Shown here in pieces: positions 56,456 through 64,000 of a DNA stretch of 64,000 nucleotides. Within the stretch, counting starts at the first letter, position 1, and every line of letters starts with the position of its first letter. The notes beneath the pieces are model-generated. The model worked only from the letters and a program-made list of their open reading frames with translations. It made no database searches and was not told where the DNA came from. Source of the DNA: Barthelona sp. PCE (taxonomy: Eukaryota); the NCBI GenBank assembly GCA_040285745.1, contig JAUFOR010000004.1, positions 186,001 through 250,000 of the forward strand, in the 5' to 3' direction. A program made the translations under genes and the position numbers.

Positions 56456-59143
56456 CTAGTTAAATTCATAAGAACGAGTTCCTTTAGGAGACTCCTCCAA
56501 ATTAAACGAATGAGTTCTTCTCTTAACAACAATGCTGTCCAGATCAGGTGAATCTTGCGTTCCTTCTCTAATATGCGGATTCATATTAACCATTGATGCT
56601 TGTGGTGATGTGTATTGTATATCGTGGTTCTGCTTCGCGACAAAAGAATCATAATCTTTAACTATTTTAAAATTAGAGCCCAAATACTCTGTGTTGACTT
56701 TTCTGAAGTTTTTGCTTGTCTTAAACAGAGATTTTGAATTAGAGCTGAAGGATACAGCTGATCGGTTGCTGAACGAAGCGGTACTGTGAGTCTCCGACGA
56801 TGATATGTTGTCGACTTCTTCAAGGTTCGTTGTGTATTCGTCTGATTGACCAACGACATAAAGACGTTGATGCAGCAGCTTGGGAACAACACAGAACACA
56901 GAACACAACTGCGCTTCGTTCTCTAATGCACGTAGACCTAAATTGTAATGGACAATGCCGCCCACATTGGCGAATTCATCCATATCAAGGTCATCAAACA
57001 CAGCCTCACTGATAAAGATCTGGCCGCCGTCAGCAATGTCAGATATATGTGTGGCTCTGTTCAGACAACTACCGTAGTACTTCAGTCGGCCATCAATCTT
57101 ATTCCATGTGATTTGTGGCTTACCAACGTGTATTCCCATTCTTATTTTGAGTCCGCGCCAGATGGTTGTTCCGTCTGACTCGCATGGGCAACATTGCGGG
57201 TCTTCAAGGATTTCCTCAGGCCAGTCAGCCATCAGTAACATGACTTGGATGAACACTGCAAACTGCACTGCATTGTTTGCGCTGGGGAATGCAATTGTGA
57301 ACGAGTCACCGGCCGTTAACACTTCATAGGCACCGAAAACTGAATGATTCATTGCGTTTTTGAATAGGTGGTTGTGTATACTGATTGCACGCTCCATAAC
57401 TGGCCCATATGTATCCCATAGGTACGTTGACGACTTGACATCGGTGACAAGGAATGCTACACGTTCAAGTGACAGCGAAGTAATTGGGCTACCGAAAGAA
57501 AGCATTGCAAATGACAAGCAAGCGTGGGCGATATGAAAACCAGCAGAGTCGCTTCCAACAGCAACGGTTGTGTTGGTGTGAGCCGATCCAATACTGTGCT
57601 GTGTAGACATGCTTGCAATCTGCCTGTTGAGGGCTGTATACATGTTATCGGTTGAAGGCTGTGTATACAAACCTGACTTCTGCATCGTGTTGTTGTCATG
57701 GAAGCTTCCATTCTCACCAAATGTAAAGTGAAGCAAGAAGGGGGTTTGTAAGAAATGCCTCTTCAGTCGCTGCACAACCTCTTTGATTCCAGCCTCTTGT
57801 AGAACACTCTTGACTCCTGCGCAAAACCAGAAGATGCCTCCAGAAGTGTTGGGCAGATCACTCAATATCGTGGTTAGATATGATACACGCTTCACGAGCA
57901 TATCATAGGTTCCAGGCATCAAAGTGATCTTCTCACCCTCCTCCAGGTTAGCAAACGTCGTGAAGCCGCCCACAGGTGTGATTGTGTGTGGGTGCACGAT
58001 AATGAAGCTGGGCATTTGCGAATTCTGATGGACTACCTTACCAATTGGTCCAAGAGTGCATGCCGGATCCAGTCCGAATGCTACAGCCTCTCCTGTTGTT
58101 CTTGCTTTCTCGATGACGTCGGTGAATGCCATACAGACCATCTCGTTGTATACTTCTGCAGCTGGTCGGTTATTAATCTCAACAACGTGACGTGGTCCGT
58201 CCATTTTGGTAACAATTCCGTCAACGATGGATGGGCAGTATCCATAATCAAAAATCTTCACGCACGGATATGTAGGCCAAAGCGCAATAACGCCAATAAC
58301 ATTCGCTCCACTTAAAAATCCATCAGAAGGTCCACCTGTGACCCACCAACTTCCATCTAGCACGTCATCAGCCGATGTTCCACCGATGATGAATGTTTTT
58401 CTACCGAAAACGTCCTTGACACCTTCTAATACTGTTTCTTCGTCACCAGGGTTTGAAACAACAATGACACAATCTGGGTCTGTGTTAGGGTGGCCTGCGA
58501 GCGCCTTGGCTTCGACGCTAGCACGCATTGCAGCAAAACGCAGTTCTTTATCTGAATTTGCCTCTGCAAGCCCAACTCCGAATTTTCCAGAGATATCACG
58601 AACACTAAATGCAGACACGCCGTATGGGTCGCTGTCCACACCGTCAGAAGATGCCAAAAGACTGTGTGTTGTCGATGCAAGATATTTCATATCCGGTGCA
58701 ATTTCTTTGAGTACGGTGTGAACATCTTCTGCCTTATGATGAGGTCTAATGGCAATGTACATAAATGAGGGCTGCATCATTAGTTTTGCATTTACGTCTT
58801 TGAATATACATTCAAGCGCTGTTCTTGTGTTCGGTTCACCAACACAGGTTGAGGTAACCGTTTCTGTATGCTTAGATACTATATATGGAGCTGTGTAAAA
58901 TACAACAGGCTTGATGTCTAGCACATCATTTGAACCGCTTTGCAATATTGACGAGCTGACAAAAAACTCTAACTGAAAATCATGCTCTAATGTAAAACCT
59001 GACTCATGTGAAAGCGACACGGTGCAGTTTAGCTCTTCCGAAACTTGCGAACGAAGCTCCCAAGCTGATGTGAGAGGTCCGGCTGTGAAATGATATGCTT
59101 GTCCTTCGTGATGAACGATAACTGGAACAGAGTGGATATCCAT
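56456..59143 (-). CDS. FIST_N/FIST_C sensor fused to a class III adenylate/guanylate cyclase domain
   Basis: PGDEE, IIGGTSAD, EINNRPAAEVY, FCAG, FTFGENG (FIST); FLVTDVKSST, GDSF, RMGIHVG, YYG, GGQIFIS (cyclase). Confidence 0.88.
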   Translation of the reverse strand: MDIHSVPVIVHHEGQAYHFTAGPLTSAWELRSQVSEELNCTVSLSHESGFTLEHDFQLEFFVSSSILQSGSNDVLDIKPVVFYTAPYIVSKHTETVTSTCVGEPNTRTALECIFKDVNAKLMMQPSFMYIAIRPHHKAEDVHTVLKEIAPDMKYLASTTHSLLASSDGVDSDPYGVSAFSVRDISGKFGVGLAEANSDKELRFAAMRASVEAKALAGHPNTDPDCVIVVSNPGDEETVLEGVKDVFGRKTFIIGGTSADDVLDGSWWVTGGPSDGFLSGANVIGVIALWPTYPCVKIFDYGYCPSIVDGIVTKMDGPRHVVEINNRPAAEVYNEMVCMAFTDVIEKARTTGEAVAFGLDPACTLGPIGKVVHQNSQMPSFIIVHPHTITPVGGFTTFANLEEGEKITLMPGTYDMLVKRVSYLTTILSDLPNTSGGIFWFCAGVKSVLQEAGIKEVVQRLKRHFLQTPFLLHFTFGENGSFHDNNTMQKSGLYTQPSTDNMYTALNRQIASMSTQHSIGSAHTNTTVAVGSDSAGFHIAHACLSFAMLSFGSPITSLSLERVAFLVTDVKSSTYLWDTYGPVMERAISIHNHLFKNAMNHSVFGAYEVLTAGDSFTIAFPSANNAVQFAVFIQVMLLMADWPEEILEDPQCCPCESDGTTIWRGLKIRMGIHVGKPQITWNKIDGRLKYYGSCLNRATHISDIADGGQIFISEAVFDDLDMDEFANVGGIVHYNLGLRALENEAQLCSVFCVVPKLLHQRLYVVGQSDEYTTNLEEVDNISSSETHSTASFSNRSAVSFSSNSKSLFKTSKNFRKVNTEYLGSNFKIVKDYDSFVAKQNHDIQYTSPQASMVNMNPHIREGTQDSPDLDSIVVKRRTHSFNLEESPKGTRSYEFN

Positions 59144-59469
59144 TCTAAAGGACGATCGCTTGTAGCTGGTAGAACAAAGATTAATGTAGGAGAAATATTA
59201 AAACGGTTTTTTTTGACCCTCTGGTGTTTTAATATGTATTCTATTGTAACTTTTGTTGAGAATTTTCTCAAAATACCCTTTCAAACGATTGAATAGACCA
59301 AAGTATGTTTCTATTAATATGTTTTGTTTTGTCATTCTCATAAAGTCATATTAAGCTTTTATTCATGTAAAATATATGTAAATTGACAGAATATACCACT
59401 CAGCGAAATTTATGTTGTCTTTTTTTGCATTTTTATCATATTTTGAATAATTTGCATTTTTTTACATTA

Positions 59470-60900
59470 TCACAGAGATTTTCTTGATCTTCTAGTAGAG
59501 TTGAATCTTAACCCTTGACTTGTTTTAGGGCGATTAGATCCTTTTTTCTTTGTTGTTCTAATATAATCTGTCGTTTTAGCAAAATCACGGGCTTCCGTAG
59601 CTCTGATGCTCCTTTGTAATTGTTCTAGTCTATTCTTTAGCGTTCCATTTTCATCCTCCAATGTTTTGATTCTGCGAATATGTGACTCCAACGTGATACC
59701 ATTTTTCGACACAGTGTTGATGAGAGCTTCAAAGATATCAGTTGGCTGACCATACAGTTCGTCCTCATCAGGGAAGCAGACTCTCCACGCCTTTGTGGCC
59801 AAAGCTGCGAACTCACGGATATATTTTGCAGATTTAGATGGGGATAGTTGAGTTAGAACATTGGAGAATTCGTTAATAATCTGAAGTGAAGAAGTTAGAT
59901 CCGGGCTCTTGTGGTCTGTGTCGATTCCAAGATCAGCAATCCACACATCTTCGACATCCCTCCATTGTTGCCACAGATTCACTAAGCTGAAATAAAGTAT
60001 ACGACTCTCCTCTTGTTGGTTGAAAAGTTTAGTTATCTGATGATCTTTCATCTTCAGACGCTGCTGTAGTTCTGTGTTTTCCTTCTCCGTGGCCTCCATT
60101 CGTGTTTTTAATGTACTTATCTGTTCCTCCTTTCTCTCCAAAATGTTATCGCTGTAGAACATTTTCAATTTTTGCTCAAGCGATCCATTACGTTCCTGTA
60201 ACGTCTGTATCTGCTGGACAGAGTCTTTTTGCAGGCGTTCGAGAGTCTCAATTCGTTGGATAATCTCTTCAGGACTGTTGAACATAAATTTTTTGCTTAA
60301 AGTTTCTAAAATTGGCTGCAGCTTACCAAATACATTTAGCTTACGCTCCTGGCCGATCATACGCTGGTTTTGTTTTGATAGCTTTGTTCTCAACAAATCG
60401 CTCTTATACGTTAAACTGTGTAAGTTTTCCTTCATCTCATTGATTTTCAAATTCCTGGTAAGAAGAGCTCTATCACGCTCCTCAATATTGCTCTGTAACG
60501 ATACAATCAGCTTTTTCTGCTCCTCTATTATCTTATGACAGTTGTTAACGTACTTGCTCTCATTTGTTTCCTCTTGCAGGACTTTAATTCTATTCAAAAA
60601 GCTTGTTCGGCCCTTAAATCGTGTTGCTGTCAGCTGTGCATCAAGGGAGATCATATCAGGTGCTTTTTCAAGTAGATCATGTGTGCGAGATAGCAAATTA
60701 TCAACTGTCTTCTCATGCTCTTCCATATCAATTGCAATCCTTGGGCGCTTGAACTGACGTAGCAGGGGCGGCGTTTTGGGCCTATTTGTGTTTGATACAT
60801 GTTGCTTACGTCGATCAACGATTTTTTGGAATGGGTTTTCACCCTGGAAGAGATCCTCGAAGCACTCAAAGGTGGCGGGGTCGTTTATATCCTGGCTCAT
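59470..60900 (-). CDS. Long coiled-coil protein
   Basis: 476-aa ATG ORF with extended heptads and two RPKT motifs. Confidence 0.75.
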   Translation of the reverse strand: MSQDINDPATFECFEDLFQGENPFQKIVDRRKQHVSNTNRPKTPPLLRQFKRPRIAIDMEEHEKTVDNLLSRTHDLLEKAPDMISLDAQLTATRFKGRTSFLNRIKVLQEETNESKYVNNCHKIIEEQKKLIVSLQSNIEERDRALLTRNLKINEMKENLHSLTYKSDLLRTKLSKQNQRMIGQERKLNVFGKLQPILETLSKKFMFNSPEEIIQRIETLERLQKDSVQQIQTLQERNGSLEQKLKMFYSDNILERKEEQISTLKTRMEATEKENTELQQRLKMKDHQITKLFNQQEESRILYFSLVNLWQQWRDVEDVWIADLGIDTDHKSPDLTSSLQIINEFSNVLTQLSPSKSAKYIREFAALATKAWRVCFPDEDELYGQPTDIFEALINTVSKNGITLESHIRRIKTLEDENGTLKNRLEQLQRSIRATEARDFAKTTDYIRTTKKKGSNRPKTSQGLRFNSTRRSRKSL

Positions 60901-61082
60901 AAGTGGTGCACAAATATAAAGCCCTCAAAGTAATAAAAACGTTGTGAAAGAGAGATTCAAGTGAATACATCATTATTCACATTGCTCTTGGCTGTATGCT
61001 ATGCAGCGTCATCCCTGGAGCTACAATCATTCAGACGACTTCCGTACATCTGAAGGCGTAATTATAATTTCCACTCTTTTCA

Positions 61083-62531
61083 ATGCATATTCTTTCTATC
61101 GATCAGGGAACGACCTCAACACGTGTTATTGCATTTAACTGCGAAACTGGGGTTCCAGACTACATTGCACAAAAGGAACACGGTGTAAAGTCAGAGAAGC
61201 CGGGCTGGGCTTCTGTTTGCGCTTCAGAAATTTGGAGCAACACCGTTCACTGCCTCAAAGAGGTGTCTGAACACGTGGATAACGTTGTTTGTTGCGGATT
61301 GACCAATCAAAGAGAGACACTTGTTATTTGGGACAAGAACACGGGAAAGCCCATTTATGATAGCATCCTGTGGTCGGATGCGCGCACAAACGGCATCGTG
61401 GACCGCATTGTGAACAAAAATGGATCAAGATGTGTAGCTGATCAGACTGGTCTTATCGTTTCAACTTATTTCACTGCGATGAAGATTGTGTGGGCGTACG
61501 AGAACGTCCAGGAGGTGAAGGAGGCCATCGACGGCGGGGAATGTTTGTTGGGAACTGTCGATTGCTGGTTGTGTTGGAAACTGACAGGGAATCATTACAC
61601 TGATGTAACGAACGCATCACGTACAATGCTTTTAGATATCAAGACAATGGAGTGGGATCTCGGTCTCTTCACTAAGTTGGATGTTCCTCACGCTGTGCTC
61701 CAATGTCTTCCTTCAGTTAAGGCCTCTTCAGCAAATTTTGGAACCATTCAGCTTGATGTTTTCAACGGTGTCAAGCTGACCTCTCTCATTGGCGATCAAC
61801 AGGCTGCCCTTGTAGGCCAGTACTGTTTTGAACCGGGTGACTTTAAGTGTACATACGGGACTGGAGCCTTTTGTCTTCTTAACATTGGAAGCGAGGCACG
61901 TACAAGCAAACACGGAATGCTAACTACGATTGCGTACCAGGAGGAGGGATCAGCTCCGGTGTATGCATTTGAAGGCTCAGTAGCCGTTTGTGGGTCAGCA
62001 ATAGGCTGGATGCGCGATAACCTCTGTTTATTTGATTCGGTTAAGGATATTGAGCCACTAATTAACTCAGTCGAGTCCAACTCTGGCGTTGTCTTCATCC
62101 CAGCACTGAATGGATTGCTCGCCCCTTACTGGTGTCCAACAGCTCGTGCTGAATTCGTTGGATTATCACAATACACAAAGAAAGCCCACCTTATACGCGC
62201 AGTCATTGAGAGTATTGCGTTCCAGGTGTACGACGTTGTTAAAATTATGGAAGAGGAGAGCGGAAAGGTTGTTCGAATTATGAAGGTTGATGGTGGTGTC
62301 ACAAACAGTACATTTATGTGTCAATTTCAGGCTGATCTGCTTAAAATTCAGCTCCAAAAGGCTTCAATGAAGGAGAGAACTGCGTTGGGTGCAGCTATTA
62401 TGGCTGGAAAGTTTGTTGACTGCGAGATTCAGGAAGTTACAGGAATGATGACTGTCGAACCTTCTGAAATGGATGTTGGTCCCAAGATTAAGACTTGGAA
62501 GTCCGCCATTAACCGTGCAATCGGAAATTAG
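61083..62531 (+). CDS. glpK: Glycerol kinase (FGGY family)
   Basis: IDQGTTSTR, TNQRET, TDVTNASRTM, GDQQAAL, KCTYGTG, VDGG. Confidence 0.95.
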   Translation: MHILSIDQGTTSTRVIAFNCETGVPDYIAQKEHGVKSEKPGWASVCASEIWSNTVHCLKEVSEHVDNVVCCGLTNQRETLVIWDKNTGKPIYDSILWSDARTNGIVDRIVNKNGSRCVADQTGLIVSTYFTAMKIVWAYENVQEVKEAIDGGECLLGTVDCWLCWKLTGNHYTDVTNASRTMLLDIKTMEWDLGLFTKLDVPHAVLQCLPSVKASSANFGTIQLDVFNGVKLTSLIGDQQAALVGQYCFEPGDFKCTYGTGAFCLLNIGSEARTSKHGMLTTIAYQEEGSAPVYAFEGSVAVCGSAIGWMRDNLCLFDSVKDIEPLINSVESNSGVVFIPALNGLLAPYWCPTARAEFVGLSQYTKKAHLIRAVIESIAFQVYDVVKIMEEESGKVVRIMKVDGGVTNSTFMCQFQADLLKIQLQKASMKERTALGAAIMAGKFVDCEIQEVTGMMTVEPSEMDVGPKIKTWKSAINRAIGN

Positions 62532-62562
62532 AGTGTAAAGTAGTAGTATTTGTGATTTCAGA

Positions 62563-63549
62563 ATGGAAATTTGCTCAGGGCTGTTAACTCGTTTTTCACC
62601 CTTTCATGCAATGAATACCAAAGCATCACCAGTTGCGGTGAACCTTCATAGGGCGTCGGATTTGCAGAAAAGCATTGCATCGAGACATAATCAGATAAAC
62701 AGCGTTTTAGAGAGATTATTCATGAAACACAACTTGTCTAGGCAGGGCAAAACGATGTCTGATGACTCCCTCAATATTAAACCATCCTTTGAAATTGACG
62801 CCACACCTGATTTTGAATTTGATTTTGAGGTAGGCGAACAACATGGGCAGTCGCCCTCCTTAGATCTGGAAAATCCTGTACAAGAGCCATCCAAGAGCCC
62901 AGAGCCTGTATTTGAAGATATTCCAAATATTAATCAGTTGGAGTTTGAACATGCGTTAAATGATTTTAAAAACCTGTATTTGATGTTTAAAAATCGTGTC
63001 TTGGGCGAAATGAAGAACATGTCAGAGCGTATAGAAGTTGTAGAACAAGTCAAACCTGTAGAAATTACACAACCACAAGAAGAGAATAATGATTTAATTT
63101 TAGAGAAAATCTCTTTATTGACACAAAGAATGGATAGCGTATCAGAATATGTAACACGGGAAGAGTTTAATGAACTAACAGACCGTGTTGAAATCGTTGA
63201 AGATAAAATGGAATCACTAGCAGCACGTTTAGAGAAATTATCAATACTTCCATTAAAACAGAGTATTGTTCCCCGGTCAGTAACCATGAGGGATTCATTT
63301 TTCACACCCAGGGACCGAAAGTTAGCCTTGCGTCCGGTTCCAATATTGATAGAAGAAGAAGAACAGAAAGAAGAAGAAGAGGAAGAAGGTTATGTAAGCA
63401 AGCGCTTCGAAGAGCTAAGGAGTTCCTTCGTAGAGATGGACAAGGATATAGACTTGACGTCCCCCCCAGAAGTTGATTTGTTTGATCAGGTATGGAATAG
63501 TGTTTATGAAAAAGCACAAGAAGAAGAAGAAAATCTACCTGAGCATTAA
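62563..63549 (+). CDS. Hypothetical acidic coiled-coil protein
   Basis: 328-aa ATG ORF (alternative start 62611) with Glu-rich tracts. Confidence 0.7.
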   Translation: MEICSGLLTRFSPFHAMNTKASPVAVNLHRASDLQKSIASRHNQINSVLERLFMKHNLSRQGKTMSDDSLNIKPSFEIDATPDFEFDFEVGEQHGQSPSLDLENPVQEPSKSPEPVFEDIPNINQLEFEHALNDFKNLYLMFKNRVLGEMKNMSERIEVVEQVKPVEITQPQEENNDLILEKISLLTQRMDSVSEYVTREEFNELTDRVEIVEDKMESLAARLEKLSILPLKQSIVPRSVTMRDSFFTPRDRKLALRPVPILIEEEEQKEEEEEEGYVSKRFEELRSSFVEMDKDIDLTSPPEVDLFDQVWNSVYEKAQEEEENLPEH

Positions 63550-64000
63550 GCACGCGATCCCTCGAGGGAGCTCGCAGCTCCCGAACAAGTACCTAACTCC
63601 GAAGTAAATTTGCAACCTTCTACGATCAAAATGATGCAATAAAAGAGTTTTCATAAAAATTATTCAACATTGCAGAATCAAGGTTTCATTCAACTCAGGC
63701 AGAATACTGCCCATACAAATTCATTAACAGTAACTTCTGTATTTTAAAGATAGTTTGGAACTGTGTTTCTTCTTTCATCTCCTTTTCAATAATACGAATG
63801 AAGCGAACCAAAAAAAAGAAGCAAATATCTCTCAGGACCAATCTCTCGGACACCCTTGAAGGGAATGTTAGTATCAGCACTCGTAAGCGAACTGTTGATA
63901 CTCGTTTTCACGTTTTACAGAATAGAAACCAACCGAAAAAGGCCTCAAATGGCCAGGAAGATATCTTTGGTCACTTTCAAACCACACAACATGACCAAAA

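Noticed and set aside
49871-62531. Run of kinases and metabolic genes as an operon-like cluster
   Set aside because: Mixed strands and unrelated pathways; ordinary compact gene order.
514-63880. Many short alternative-frame and antisense ORFs in the track, e.g. 24501-25223, 27749-28378, 36956-37567, 38123-38848
   Set aside because: They are shadows of codon-biased real genes, mostly with non-ATG starts and no motifs.
1-64000. CRISPR arrays, rRNA genes, transposases or a reassigned genetic code
   Set aside because: No spaced direct-repeat array, rRNA or transposase seen; TAA, TAG and TGA all end plausible full-length genes.

Overview
Gene-dense eukaryotic DNA with no visible introns. About 25 CDS, two tRNA genes (Leu-CAA, Val-AAC), and mostly very short AT-rich spacers; some convergent gene pairs overlap at their 3' ends. 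The gene set points to a flagellated protist: DRC8/EFCAB2, CFAP46, CFAP300, COMMD, RBBP4/MSI1, NAF1-like, CDK, LCB1, an ABCA half-transporter, and bacterial-type fructokinase and MBL hydrolase. A recurrent (A/T)GTAAA motif at stop codons suggests a metamonad/fornicate-like lineage (inference only). The least ordinary part is a ~9 kb block (about 16.2-25.3 kb) beside the tRNA pair. It holds three co-oriented orphan or foreign-looking genes of different base composition, each followed by a GC-richer, heavily base-paired non-coding element of about 270-370 nt: a rod-like hairpin, a hairpin array, and a pseudoknot-capable fold. Other highlights are a xanthine-dehydrogenase-family protein that has lost all four Cys ligands of its N-terminal [2Fe-2S] cluster and has altered substrate residues, a FIST-nucleotide cyclase fusion, a B-box-NAD kinase fusion, and a >4370-aa single-pass surface protein with an unrecognised cytoplasmic helical repeat. 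All family calls come from motif recognition by eye; no searches or folding programs were run.
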